Positions 22,635 through 35,181 are shown, counted from the stretch's first letter. The stretch is DNA of 64,000 nucleotides from an uncultured virus (IMG/VR IMGVR_UViG_2049941000_000098) (IMGVR_UViG_2049941000_000098); one strand, 5' to 3'. Notes: a model not told the origin generated them from the sequence alone. Program-made: numbers and translations.

Positions 22635-22798
22635 TGGTTGTGGTTGGGGTCGCACCAACCTTGCGTTCCGATTGATTGTTGTTGTGATAGGATATAAAAA
22701 TCGGAAACCCCGTTTTGTTTTTCAAACGTTTTTGTTGTGCCATTGTGGAGTGTGCTTTTTCGGGGGCATTGCGGCTCTTAATCGCAATCTTTACAACC
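22635..22798 (-). ncRNA. Putative enlarged tRNA-like structured RNA (~164 nt)
   Basis: Terminal stem GGTTGT/ACAACC+A enclosing four hairpins: ATTGCG/CGCAAT, CCCCG/CGGGG, TTCCGATT/AATCGGAA and T-arm-like GTTGG-TGCGACC-CCAAC. Confidence 0.55.
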
Positions 22799-22966
22799 GT
22801 GTCGGGTGGGCGGCTTTTTGCAACCATATCTCTTGTTGGTTCGCCCACCCAAAAAACAAAGAACCCTATTTTTACGTCGTTTCGGANNNNNNNNNNGGAC
22901 GCACGGTTGTCAAGCCGTGTTACGGTCAGGAAAGGGTGTTAAGCCAAAACCTTCCGTATGGACGTG

Positions 22967-23038
22967 TAGTCGGTGGGGGAATCGAACCCCCATTACGAGA
23001 ATGAAAATCTCGTGTCCTAACCGTTAGACGAACCGACC
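22967..23038 (-). tRNA. tRNA-Glu (anticodon TTC)
   Basis: GGTCGGT/ACCGACT acceptor, CGAGA-TTTTCAT-TCTCG anticodon arm, GGGGG-TTCGATT-CCCCC T arm; no encoded CCA. Confidence 0.95.
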
Positions 23039-23244
23039 GTTTCTGTTTTCGCTTTGTTGTTTTTGCGGAAATCGCGAACCAAATAAAACAAAAACGCAAT
23101 CATAATGATTGTAACGAATATGTTTAACACGGGAACAAACCCCGCGTACCGTATAATGTTCCTGTTCGACCNNNNNNNNNNCGCCAAAAGGCAACCGCCG
23201 ACCCCGAAACCGTACAATATTGCGAATATCAATATAAACATCAT
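23017..23244 (-). CDS. Small membrane protein (3' end uncertain, overlaps tRNA)
   Basis: Two hydrophobic stretches; preceded by TACATTTG at 23270-23277. Confidence 0.45.
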   Translation of the reverse strand: MMFILIFAILYGFGVGGCLLAXXXXSNRNIIRYAGFVPVLNIFVTIIMIAFLFYLVRDFRKNNKAKTETVGSSNG

Positions 23245-23309
23245 CGTTCAATTCTTTTTAAATCGTTGGCAAATGTAATAATGTTTTTGTTACACGCAAC
23301 ATTTATTTT

Positions 23310-26300
23310 TAAAAATTTACAAAAAAGTTTGCGGGACAATCTGTANNNNNNNNNNACATAATAACAACCGTTATTTTCAACATAATCAACGTTTTTCAAC
23401 AGACGCTTAAATGCGTCGGTATGAAGATTAATAATTGTTGATTGTGTTGTCACGTAACTTTTGGATATTATCTTCTGCCATGCCGAACGCGTCAGGCGCG
23501 GTGTGTCCATATCGAATGTGTTTCCAAACGCGAAACCACCGAACGTGTTGATGGTCGTCAAATAAGGCATTTTTAAGCCCGACATGCTTACCGTGGATTT
23601 GATTCCGATTGACGTTGCCTCGCAATTGGTAAGAATATCCGTTGCCCCGTTATCCGCAATATCAAACATGATGTTGACACTTTCGACCGCCGAATCCATG
23701 AACATACCGTTCGCCTTTATGTTAGTCGATTTCCAACCGTCAAAACTGCCGTATGACTTTAACTTGTGGCATTTTCTGAATGTGTACTTCGTGTTGTTTA
23801 TCACATTGTTTTCACCCCAATTCACAAATATGTTTTCAAGTCGTAAACAACCGTCGAACGCCGACGTTGTGTTTGTTAGTTCCGAAAAATCGATACCACT
23901 TAAATCCAAGTTACGCAACCGCTTGCAATTCTTGAATGCCGACGCAAGACTTGTGACGCTAACATTACGGTTTTTAAAATTGATTCGTATGTTTTCGAGG
24001 CTTTCACAATCCTTGAACATACCATTCCATTTCATTTTCACGGTCGGGGGCAACGATTCGTCGAACTCGATATTCAAAGTCAGGCTTTCGATGTTCTTTT
24101 TGTCTGACAACAAATAGAAAACATCAAAACCGTCGTTGTAGTTGTCCGCCGTTATCTTGAAGTTGAACGCGGCGGCGTTCACATAAAGCAAACCATTACA
24201 TCCACTGAAATCGGATTTACCCCAACAATGGGTCGGAAACATCAAACCGTCAATAACCTTTAAATTGGGGAAATCCTGAACCACCTGACCATTAACCACA
24301 TTCTTGGCGAACAGCCCGTGTCCGCCTTCAAGTTTTATGTTTTTGAATCGTACCGCCGTGATGCCTTGTTGCCCGCCCGTAAACTCGAGTGATTCGACAT
24401 CATCGGTAAAATCGAAATGGAAAAACCCGTTCGCTTGCGCCGCCGTGTAATCGGTGTCACCGTTTATCGTGACGGTAATATCCTCATCCCCATCGTAAAA
24501 CCCATATATTCGGTATTCGGGTTTCTGTTTCGCGGTCAACGACGCGAGTGTGTCATCCACAACACGGTGCTGTTTGTCTTTCTTTTCGTCGTATTCCACA
24601 TCTTCCGTGTACTCGACATATTCGTTGTTCGTGTATATCTTTATGTCACACGACCCGTTTCTGTATTGTTCTGACAATTCCGAAACAATATCCCGTATCG
24701 GTTTATCGTCAACCGTGACGATAATTGATTTCGGGCGGTTAAACGGGGTTGTGTTCTGATATGCGACAACGAGGTCGCGCGGCGTGTTTGCATCCGTGAA
24801 AACAATCGGATTGTTAACGGTTATCAGGTGCGTGTGTTTGTTGTAACATAAAATCCGTGCGAACACCGAACAATCCAAATCGGCAATGTCATTATCACTT
24901 TCGGGTGATTCCTTTAACTCGCCCAAACGTGTGTAACTTACCAAATATGGTATGCAATCCGCGAACTGCATAAGTTCCAAATTGTCACAGTACATCGTTG
25001 TTGTTTCAATCGTCGGGTTGTTTTCGTCCACAACACCGTCATATATCGGATAAACTTTGACAAAGTGGTTGAAATACATCGTTTCGATGTTCTTTGTTTT
25101 GTTTGTCACCTCAAGATAATAAAAACTCATACCGTACTGTAGTTTGGCGATTCGGGTTTTCCTGTCGTAACTTACAATAGTATATTGGTATGCGTTGTTG
25201 TCGGAAAAGAACACCGTTTTTTTACCTATTCTATTTGTCAAATCATCGTTCGTGTAACAATTCTCAATAAACTCTCCCATGTCACCGTCGGCGTTCGTGT
25301 TGTATAAATAACACAACTGATAATAACCGCCATAAGATACACCCGTGGGAATTTTATCGTCGAATGTAGTAAGGTTATTTTGTGTCGTTAATGACAACTT
25401 GTATTTGTCCGTATCAAAGTTTATTTGATACGATGGTTTGCCGACACCACCTATCACCGCGTCAAAATTGGCGGACAATGAGTATTTTTCGTTATTGTCA
25501 TTGGGATAAACAAACACGGGTTGTGCTTTCAAACCGCATTCGTCAGCATACAACGGGGTGTCATCCGAATAAACACTTTTCTTATAAAGATTAGAGTATA
25601 TTGTTGGTAAATCATTCGGAATCACAAAACGTTTCCCTTCAACACCAACCTCGTATATGTACAATTTGAATTTCCCATATACACTGTTTGTTCCGATAGA
25701 TTCGTTTGTGCAAACAAAATCCCCCATATCGACCGTACCCAATTTCTTGTTGACATAACGCACGTCTTCATACTTATCCAATCTATATTCTTCGTGATTG
25801 AATTTGATGAATCCATCCTTATAAACATCATCGGGTTTATTGTCGTATATTACGACATATGTATCAAGACCTGCATAATCATTATCTGATGGTGACAAAA
25901 TCCAACGGTTTTCAAGTACGGGTGCATTGTCAGATACCACGGGGGTAAAACATATCTTTAGAATTTCAACAAATGTTTTACCATCGAACTCCTGTTGGTT
26001 ATCGGGGTCGTTAATGATTTCCATCATGCTTGTATAACCCTCTTTAACGTATGGGTTGTATTGGTTTCCTCCGTCCATCCATACTCTTGGGTTCTCGGAT
26101 GCGAACTCAATATTCCAAGTGTCACCGCCCGTGTTATATATGTCCGCAATATCGCTTTCCTCGACATAGAACGACACGTTCGGATTATCGTATTTGGAAT
26201 TTGTGAACTTGTAGAACCCACGGACGTAACATAAATTTGAAAAATACAAAACCGATTCCTTTTGATTGTACCCGTACACGTCATATATGTACTTGTAACG

Positions 26301-26789
26301 CGTATCTTCCTCGAAATAGTTTTCGGATTGGTTGGGCGTACTTGCGTACACGTCAATACTTTGGGATTCGTCTTCGGGGTCGGGCGTTTGTGCCTTATGG
26401 TCATCCGTGATATTTGTTTTTTTATATCCCCAAACACCATTATCCTTGTCCGAACTTTGAACCAAGTATGTGTGCGGTAACGCGACGTTTTTATTGACCT
26501 CCCGTATCTTCGCGCCATACAAACTTAACATACGCATGAATGAAACCAACGATATGTTTTCGGTTACATTCAGCCGCATCAAATCCCTTTTGTACGATAA
26601 TGACGCGTAACGGGGTTGCAGGTCATCCTGACTATCGGACAAAAGAACCAAACCGTTTTCCGTTTCCGCAATCAGATTGTCGTCATTTGCAACGTGGCAA
26701 TCATCCACGATGGAATCCAAATACAGTTTCCAATTCGGGTCGGCTTGTAACGCCTCAATAGTGTTGTTGTATAATGTCGTTTTCATCAT
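23310..26789 (-). CDS. Large baseplate/receptor-binding protein with C-terminal BspA/DUF285-like leucine-rich repeats; true stop uncertain after gap
   Basis: About 1150 aa; repeats MFKDCESLENI, AFKNCKRLRNLDLSG, AFDGCLRLENI, TFRKCHKLKS; coupled to the wedge gene. Confidence 0.7.
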
Positions 26790-29700
26790 TCAAAGTTTAT
26801 CGAGTTTTTATCCAAAACAAGGTATGTGTCGTCCTGTAGGTTCGGGGTCTTGCAATCGTATTTGATTGTGTCGATACTGATACCTGATTCATTCACAATC
26901 GTGTTGTTTTTATAATCAATCCAACCGATTGTCTTCGCCTGTGATGATAGTGTTTGCGTGTAAGTATATGTCGTGATTTTTTCATCAACCCACACTTTCA
27001 GGTAGTATGTGATACCAAGCGAACTGCTACCCATGTACGGCGCACCCGTAAGACGATAAGACAACCATTTTTTTAAATCCCTTGCTTCATTATCGTCACC
27101 ATACGCAATTGCGTCTATGATGGATGCAAAAGAATCAGTATTACGGTTATAGACTTCACCGCTGATTGTAACATCTCGTCCCTCGACAAATTTTGAAAGT
27201 TTCCCCCCTATGCCCGCGTTTTGGTACACGGACGAATCCAAATAAGCCATTACAATGGCTTCGGCGGAATAATCCATGTACTTTATTTGATGGTAACACT
27301 TTTTAGCGACATGCGGTGTCGGATTATTACCAAGTTTACTGTAACCATGGAATGTGGGTAGTGTTGCCCCTTTCTTTCCTTCGTAATCGGATGAAAAAAC
27401 AAATTCGTATTCGTCGTCGGGTGATTCCCNNNNNNNNNNNNNNNNNNNNNNNNNNNNNNNNNNNNNNNNNNNNNNNGCCATTAGATGTTTTATCGCGAAT
27501 AAAAACCTCACCCGTTTCAAGATTGTAACAATAAAAAACCAAAGAGGTTGTTGATTCATCCTCGACACGTTTATAAATGGTCGCGAACTCGCCCGTGCAA
27601 CTGCCAATCGAACATTCCGATATATCAACGTCGGCGAATATCTGTTTGATATTACGGAATGACATTTTGGATTCCGACAACTCATCGAATCCGTCACCGA
27701 CAAACACCTCGGTCGGTNNNNNNNNNNNNNNNNNNNNNNNNNNNNNNNNNNNNNNNNNNNNNNNNNNNNNNNNNNNNNNNNNNNNNNNNNNNNNNNNNNN
27801 NNNNNNNNNNNNNNNNNNNNNNNNNNNNNNNNNNNNNNNNNNNNNNNNNNNNNNNNNNNNNNNNNNNNNNNNNNNNNNNNNNNNNNNNNAATGATATGTT
27901 TGTCGAAACCGCGTTGTATCTCGATAATATTCAACGGGGTGTTGTAATCGCGATATGCGTTGTATGTCTTGATTTTCTGCTTGAATCCGCTGAATCCTTC
28001 AACCTTTGTTATTGAACGGTCAAAGATGACATAAACATTGTCACCGAACGGGATTATGCCACGGAACACTCCGTTCATTGGTATTGCAATGTCTTTGTTG
28101 CCACCCTTCAAAACATGCAATAACAACGTGCTGTCGGTTATCGAACTAATCCAATACACATTATCCTCATACACGAATAGATTGGATTTAATGTTGTGTT
28201 TGATGCCATTGTTGTCTATATTTTTCAAACCACTATAAAAACCCTTAAAATCCACCAAACCGTCACCCGTCCATGCCATATTCCAAGCGTCCGAACTTAA
28301 ATCCATCAGTGACGGTGACTGTTTCATTACCAACATGGTCTGATATTTTCCATCACCACCGTATGTCGTGTTCGCACCATTCAGATATTGTGAATAACCG
28401 TATGTGTTGTTCGGATTCCAATATTTATACGTGCTGACATGTTCGGTTGCTTCGCCCTCATCCGTGACCGTGCCTACCATTTTACCGTCATCGGTTTGTG
28501 TGCCTGAACTTTTATAAATAAAAATAGGAACAAAACAATCGTTAACCGACACAACCTCAAGGTCATACAAATTACCGANNNNNNNNNNCGTATGCCATGC
28601 GCGGTTAAAAATTGACGGGTTGGTATCTTGCATCAAAAGCATGTTCATGGTGTTGTCAAACGGCTTAATCATGTCGGTGCTTGCGTCATACAGATAGAAA
28701 CGGTTATATTTGTTACTAATCGGAACAACCACCTCCTCGTTGTACGTACTGTATGTTTTAACAACCGACGTACCCGCTTCGTTATATTGTTTCACACCGT
28801 TTTCGATTTCGTCTTCGGTTTTGATGTAATCCACTTTCATTTTCAACAGGAACATTTTTCCGACCGCACAAACAATCTCAAACATAAAGAACGGGATTGA
28901 TGTCGCGGACGTGTCCCGACCGTACAACAATCCATCATGTTCCCAAGCCACCAACGCACCGTTCGCGTCGTAACCCTTGAATGTGTTTTTAATCGGAACG
29001 TAACTTAACGGTTTGTTGTTCACAAAATCCTCGCTGACATTCATGTTGATTGACGGAACGATGCCGTAATGTGAATAAATCTCCGACAAAACNNNNNNNN
29101 NNCACCATACTGTTGAATTTCAGGTTTTCATACGCGAATGTCTGTTGCAACATATTCTTGATTCCGTTCTGTAAAATATCGTCTTTCACACCGCCGATAC
29201 TTAAACCGAATTTCAGTCGGTTGCCCGTCCGTACTTTGATATTCGGGAACAATACCGTGTTTAATGCAATGTGCGCGGCGATTTCCGAAAAATTCAAGTA
29301 CATTTCCAAATCCTTATCGGATGACGGTTTGATGTAAACATTCACGCCGCCGTTTTCTGATGCCACGCATTTTGAATCAATCACATAAGGAAGACTATTG
29401 ACGTACCGTTCCACCGATTTCGGGGTGTTCATGCCGTTATAAATCGACATTCCACCCTTCAGTTGGTTACGCATGTATTCAAGGTCGTCAACCGAACCCT
29501 GTGACGTGTATTTCACCTCAGCGACCACCGTATTACCATCCTTGACGGACATGTCCGATTCATCGAAATCGAACGCGTCGGGCGAATGGTCGATGTATTT
29601 GATTTGGTATGAATAAGGTTCGGTTGTGCCGTCCGAACAAATGAAACGGATATACTGTTTGCCGTCAACCGATGTGACAACCTTATACATAATGTCAATA

Positions 29701-30251
29701 GTGTTCGATAACGCCGTGTCGGGCGAATAACGGGGTATCTCAACACCCGTCGCACCGTCAAACACCGAAATAGAATCGGGGTACGCGTTCCCGAGCATTA
29801 TGCCCGAATAGGACTTGCCGCCGTCATAGAACGTCACAATGTCCGCGTTGGAATCGTTCATGGTTTTGGGTTCGCCGCAAATCAGGGACACGACCTTGCC
29901 GTTCATTGTGTATTCCAAGTTGTAGAACGTCACGTTGCCGCAATTGTATGTCAGTTCGTATGGTGCGTATGTTTTCGCATCCGAAGCCATTTGGACGACA
30001 ACCGCCGACGGTTTGATGTTCGTCACGGGAATCTCGTTCATCTGTGACAACAGATACAATCCGTATTTATCCGCCGTTTCGGGATTCAACTGTAACAGCA
30101 TCGTGTCTTTCACGTTTTCGGATTCGGATATTATCTCCGCGCCCAAAGCCAAAAGTTCACGACCCAACAAACCGTTTTTCAGTTTCTTCCAAACATCACT
30201 GCTATTCATACGTGATGTCAACGATTCTATTATTTCCGATTTTGCCCTCAT
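26786..30251 (-). CDS. Baseplate wedge (gp6/J-like N-terminus) large protein, fragmented by gaps
   Basis: Follows the gp25-like gene; QLNPETA...LYLLSQM and GSVDDLEYMR...GGVNVYIKP; frames continue across four gaps. Confidence 0.6.
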
Positions 30252-30261
30252 AGTTATATTT

Positions 30262-30573
30262 TTAATCGTTTAATCCAAATTTTTCCGTTAATTCCCGACC
30301 GTTGTAATTGATACGCAATATAACATTTGTATCAACAACATCAATAGATATTATTTCAATTCCGCGCAATTGTGACACGGAATCCTTCACTGCGTTCCGC
30401 AATTCCACCGCGTCCGTCGAATGTAACGGAATGTACGAACCCGTCCGACAAGACTGATACCACGTCTTAATAGGTTCTTTAAGCAACAAATACAAATCCT
30501 GTTGCATTTCCATGACACCCGTCACAAACGTGGAATTATTTTCTAAAACAATCGGCAAATCCATATCAATCAA
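30262..30573 (-). CDS. gp25-like baseplate wedge subunit
   Basis: 103 aa between spike and wedge; QDLYLLL...W...TGS...IEIISIDV. Confidence 0.6.
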   Translation of the reverse strand: MIDMDLPIVLENNSTFVTGVMEMQQDLYLLLKEPIKTWYQSCRTGSYIPLHSTDAVELRNAVKDSVSQLRGIEIISIDVVDTNVILRINYNGRELTEKFGLND

Positions 30574-31014
30574 TTATTTATAGTTATCTTGTATATCCTT
30601 TAGTTTTGTTTTTGTTGGTAGGGATTGTAACGGTTGTGCCAACATAGGCGCAAAGGTATCTCCCGCCGCCACCCACAGCGAGCCTTCCGCAACCTTTCCC
30701 GCCCCCGCAAGTTTGGTAATCAAATCGTTGTATTTATTCACCAATTCGTTGATTTTGTCTTCCGACGCGTTCAATCGGTCAACCAACAGATTCAACACAA
30801 TATCGTTTCTGTCCGCCTTACCCAATACCAATGGGGAATACAAACCGTCCGCAACCGAAACAAAAACAACATCCCCTTTGTTTAATGCACACCCGTTCAC
30901 CGACGGGACAAGTTCGGTTTCCTGATTCCAAACCCCTTCGGATTTCAATCGTACCCGACCCATCGCGTCGTCAGCCGATGCCGTCACACATACCGCTTTG
31001 ATGATTTTAGCCAT
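30574..31014 (-). CDS. Baseplate spike (gpV/gp5 OB-fold-like)
   Basis: DDAMGRVRL...GDVVFV...PLVLG. Confidence 0.7.
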   Translation of the reverse strand: MAKIIKAVCVTASADDAMGRVRLKSEGVWNQETELVPSVNGCALNKGDVVFVSVADGLYSPLVLGKADRNDIVLNLLVDRLNASEDKINELVNKYNDLITKLAGAGKVAEGSLWVAAGDTFAPMLAQPLQSLPTKTKLKDIQDNYK

Positions 31015-31017
31015 ATA

Positions 31018-31968
31018 TCAATAGTTAAACATAGGTTCTGAAATAATAACCGCGCTTACGGACGGAATCCGTGTCAAATCGTTAAAACCCGTTGACACCG
31101 CCTTCACGATGTACGTGTCACCCAACCCGTTCAGGTCAACCAAATCACCGACCTGTATCTGTACGCCCGTCGGGATTGATACGTTGACCGTGTAACTTGA
31201 ATACCATTTATTGTAGAACATGTTTGTCAGTTCCTGTTTCACGACATTCTTACCCACGCCCGTTGTGTCGTTGATGTCAACACACGCGCACCCGAACCCT
31301 TTAATAATCGTAAAATGTTCCTTTTTGAAATTGTTTTTTTCGTCCCAACAAAACAAATCGTATTCGGACGGGGTGAAATCCAACCAATTAGTTTTCAAAC
31401 CTTTACCTTGTATCGTCGCGTCAAGACGGTACGGTTTGCGTTTATCCTTTATCAGTTTGTAATCGTAACCGTGGATATACCCGTCATTCGTCATGTAAAA
31501 ATGTGCGCCGCCACCGTTGGAAAACGAAGCGGCACGNNNNNNNNNNNNNNNNNNNNNNNNNNNNNNNNNNNNNNNNNNNNNNNNNNNNNNNNNNNNNAAC
31601 AATGTCACAACCCTGCATTGCGGAATCGCGAAATACGTGTTGTTTGTTTGATAGTCCGACTTATAGTTGAACCCCAATTTGTTGAACAGGCGTTCGACGG
31701 TTGTGTTTCCGTTGTAACCCGCCGTGACCGAACAGAATTTGTCGTGTATCTCCTTTGACACACAATCAATCTTCATCTTACCATCACTCATTCGGGTTTG
31801 ATTTTCAACACACACATCAAAGTTTGTGAAATCCGTTTCGATACGTCCGTCATGGGTGTACAATTCCGCCACAGACGTAAACGAAATCGTGCTGTGATAT
31901 TCACCGATATTGTCCGACAAAACAAGGTCGGTGATTGGAATTTTCTTATCTTTAACCGAAAACCACAT
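31018..31968 (-). CDS. Baseplate hub (gp27/gpD-like) protein
   Basis: Position and C-terminal IQVGDLVDL...YIVKAVS. Confidence 0.55.
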   Translation of the reverse strand: MWFSVKDKKIPITDLVLSDNIGEYHSTISFTSVAELYTHDGRIETDFTNFDVCVENQTRMSDGKMKIDCVSKEIHDKFCSVTAGYNGNTTVERLFNKLGFNYKSDYQTNNTYFAIPQCRVVTLXXXXXXXXXXXXXXXXXXXXXRAASFSNGGGAHFYMTNDGYIHGYDYKLIKDKRKPYRLDATIQGKGLKTNWLDFTPSEYDLFCWDEKNNFKKEHFTIIKGFGCACVDINDTTGVGKNVVKQELTNMFYNKWYSSYTVNVSIPTGVQIQVGDLVDLNGLGDTYIVKAVSTGFNDLTRIPSVSAVIISEPMFNY

Positions 31969-32182
31969 CTATCGTATTCAAAACTTGGTTTGGAAAATAT
32001 CTGATTGTCACGCCACCCTCTAAATATGACCAATCATACCTGACGTTCAATTCCTTGATGGTCGCGTATGCCTTGTCGTAGTCGTCCCCGTACAACAAAC
32101 GCACGATACGGGTAAGGTTGTCCCCGACCGATGTTGTGTATTCATACACGGGATATATCGCCGCCGCTTCTTTTGTTGTCAT
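31952..32182 (-). CDS. LysM/tail-X-like protein
   Basis: YTTSVGDNLTRIVRLLYG...IKELN...LEGG.TI. Confidence 0.65.
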   Translation of the reverse strand: MTTKEAAAIYPVYEYTTSVGDNLTRIVRLLYGDDYDKAYATIKELNVRYDWSYLEGGVTIRYFPNQVLNTIDVVFG

Positions 32183-32184
32183 AA

Positions 32185-32671
32185 TTATCTTTGTTTTGCT
32201 GTAGGTTTAAACTTTTGATTCAGTGTTGGGGTTTGAGATTGTATCATTCCACTTTGTAACAATTCGCCGACACGACGTTGATACGCAAGGTTTTTAAGCC
32301 AATCGTATGTCTTTATACTTGTATTACGCGTGCCTTTCACGTTTAGCGACAATCCCACACGGTCAAACAATCCGCCCTCATACATCAAATACGGCAAATC
32401 AAACGTCACACTATCCAAGATAATGTTCTCCAAAACAATCCAATCACCGATACATATACGCAAACGCGCGTCCTTTTTGAATTGTTTTGGTATTTGAAAA
32501 AACGTCATTCCGCCAAAATATTCGTTTGATGTTTCCCATAGGAATTTCGCAATGTCAGACACCCATTCGCGTTCAAATAGTTTCTTACCGTTACGGTCGG
32601 TATTCGTTTCAATCATTCGCCCCAACTCAACCATGTTTGCCGTGTCCGCTAATTTCACGCTTTCGTCAGGC
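32185..32671 (-). CDS. C-terminal part of a tail-tube initiator/baseplate protein (probably continues 35857..36253)
   Basis: RICIGDWIVLENIILDSVTF; 5' end in gap. Confidence 0.5.
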
Positions 32672-32731
32672 NNNNNNNNNNNNNNNNNNNNNNNNNNNNN
32701 NNNNNNNNNNNNNNNNNNNNNNNNNNNNNNN

Positions 32732-33908
32732 AAATACCGTAAACGTAACCCGATGGTATTTGGTTCAGGTGTACCTCTTTCGCGATGTTTACCATTTCAC
32801 CGCAATAAGCACCGATACAGTTCAACGTAAACCGCTGACCGAACGCCGACACATATTCGCAACCCTGAACGAAAATAACAAATTTGCTACCCAAACACGG
32901 GTGCGTGCTGAAATATTCTTCAACTTTTTCCTTGCTATAATCCGCATTATAGTCAATCGGATAACCAATGACCGCCAAACAATTCTTACGGTATTCCGCG
33001 ATATTCTTTATGGCTGTGTCATACTCGGTAATCAACACCGTTTCTCCGTATTTGGCACTTACACTAACAAACGGATTGATGATTAACGTACATACGCTTG
33101 ATTCATAATCCTCGAATACGTCATAACCATTTTTAATTCCTGTTTTAAACGCCTCGGTAAACGAGTTAGATGTAAAGACCCCCGATTCATCATAAGTGTT
33201 GCATGCGTACACCACTTCATCAACATCCTCCTCGATGGTTATGTTGTCGGTTGCCATGACATCTATGAACATGCTATTACTAACAACGTTCTCAATAAAA
33301 ATGGATTCACCACCTATTTTGGCGGTCGGGTTAGCCGCACCCTCAAATGTTTCCAACAGTGTGTTGGTGTTATCCGAATTAACGCCATAAACATTGATTG
33401 TTATGATTGCGCCATCCGCATAATCATCCGAATTAGACAATGCGACACCAACCGATATGTTAGTATATCCGAAAGCAAGTGATTGTGGAACATAACCCGC
33501 ATATTTCAGGGCGATTGTGACCGCCTTTGTTTCATCATATTTTGTTGCGGATAAATTCAAATTGGTGCTTGTTCCCGACACCGTACCTGTTTTGTCTATT
33601 GTTAAGTTTTGGTATTTCCAACCATTAGACGGACGGTAAATCTCAACCTCGCCCGCGCCGTGTGAAAACGCATTTTTGATTTGTGCGTAACCCGAATACA
33701 AATCCGTGTTGGTGATATTATTAACACCAATGGGCAACGATTCAGGGAACATCTCGAAAAATTCGGTGCGTGTGTAAACCCTTGTCTTGTCCGATTCACC
33801 CCAATAAAACGGCATCACCATTCCGATGGTGTCCGTTGATGTTGTTGATGTATGGTTGGTCGCGTCCTGAAATTGAACGTCAATCAAATCTAAAACTGAT
33901 TTTGCCAT
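32732..33908 (-). CDS. Tail sheath protein, N-terminal part
   Basis: IGMVMPFYWGE, LLETFEG, IAEYRKNCLAVI, QIPSG; runs into a gap. Confidence 0.8.
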
Positions 33909-33972
33909 AATTCCGTTATTTAATATTTACAACTACGAATATAATGTTTTTTAATCAAATGGGAAATTTTGT

Positions 33973-34533
33973 TCAATCGGGAAAATTCGTCCCGAATTTT
34001 TGATTTACATATCCGAACCATTTTCGTACCGAATCAGACCATTCGTCTATTCCTTCGCTTATGGCATACGCTATATCATCGTAAAACCTACCCTTTTTAT
34101 CATCAATCAAATCACCGTCTTCATCAAGCCAATCCGATTCATCCCAACCCATAAAATCACATACTTCCGAATTACTCATTATGTCAGTGTCGGGTAACGA
34201 TTCGTAATCCAAATATTCAACATCTGTTGGTGCAAACTCAAACCGACCGTTCAATTCGTTGACATTATCTATCAGTGTTTCATATTGAGATTCCCAAAAA
34301 TCGAGGTTATAATGCACGCCCGACGAATGTATTTCGTGCCGTAAGTGTGACAGTTCCGCGACGGGTTCAAAAATGTTTTCATAATCGGCGACCATATCTT
34401 CATATTCGTCGTCATCTTCCGTCAGTCCGTCCTGTTGCGCGTAATATTCAGCCATAATTTCCAAATTATTAGCCGATTGACGGTACGCGTATTCCCTTTT
34501 GCGTTCGTAAACCTCCTTACTAAAATATGCCAT
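33973..34533 (-). CDS. Acidic hypothetical protein inserted in the tail module
   Basis: 186-aa D/E-rich ORF. Confidence 0.7.
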   Translation of the reverse strand: MAYFSKEVYERKREYAYRQSANNLEIMAEYYAQQDGLTEDDDEYEDMVADYENIFEPVAELSHLRHEIHSSGVHYNLDFWESQYETLIDNVNELNGRFEFAPTDVEYLDYESLPDTDIMSNSEVCDFMGWDESDWLDEDGDLIDDKKGRFYDDIAYAISEGIDEWSDSVRKWFGYVNQKFGTNFPD

Positions 34534-34537
34534 AGTG

Positions 34538-35152
34538 TCAAATATTTATCGGTGTCAACGNNNNNNNNNNTGTCGTGAACACCCCGATTTCGTTGTATAT
34601 CTGTGCCTCGGTGATTCCTTTCGGGTTGACCCAAATGTTGATTTTCTTAACCAACGTGTCACCGATGTCGTCCGTGTAATCCGACATGAACAATTGTGAC
34701 TGCCAACCGAAATCAACCCACCGCAACGCGCCCTTCGCGTCAGCCTGTGAACGGTCTTCCCCGATTCCGACGGACGTTAACCGAAACTGAACGTCAACCA
34801 CGTCCTGTTCGTCCTTTGTCGGGAAATGGATTGTGATGTACGGGTGTTTGGCTATACCGAACCGCAGTTTGCTTGCGATGGTTATCGCCTGACCTTGGTT
34901 TTCGACAAGTATTTTCCCCGTGTATTTTTGTTCGTATGACACAAACGCCGACCGTTCGATTCCGTCACGTATGACGAACTGTTTGTTGTTCGACCATTCC
35001 GCCGATTGGCGTTGGTAGAAGAACGCGGGGAATTTTGTGACCTCGCGCATCATTTCAAATATGTTGTCGTCGGTCGCGTATGTCGCGATTTTGATGTTCG
35101 GAAAAATCGAACTAATCAGATTCAATATGCCCGCCTCGTATTCGTAAATCAT
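34538..35152 (-). CDS. Putative tail terminator/neck protein
   Basis: Upstream of the sheath gene; FPAFFYQR; TATATTTG promoter at 35173-35180. Confidence 0.5.
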   Translation of the reverse strand: MIYEYEAGILNLISSIFPNIKIATYATDDNIFEMMREVTKFPAFFYQRQSAEWSNNKQFVIRDGIERSAFVSYEQKYTGKILVENQGQAITIASKLRFGIAKHPYITIHFPTKDEQDVVDVQFRLTSVGIGEDRSQADAKGALRWVDFGWQSQLFMSDYTDDIGDTLVKKINIWVNPKGITEAQIYNEIGVFTTXXXXLTPINI

Positions 35153-35181
35153 TATCCGTCATTTTAACACCCCAAATATAC

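Noticed and set aside
22635..22798. tmRNA
   Set aside because: Too short, lacks the G3:U Ala acceptor identity and has no convincing tag reading frame
22860..22905. Hammerhead ribozyme (CGAAAC next to the gap)
   Set aside because: The required CUGAUGA core is not visible and no stem I partner was found
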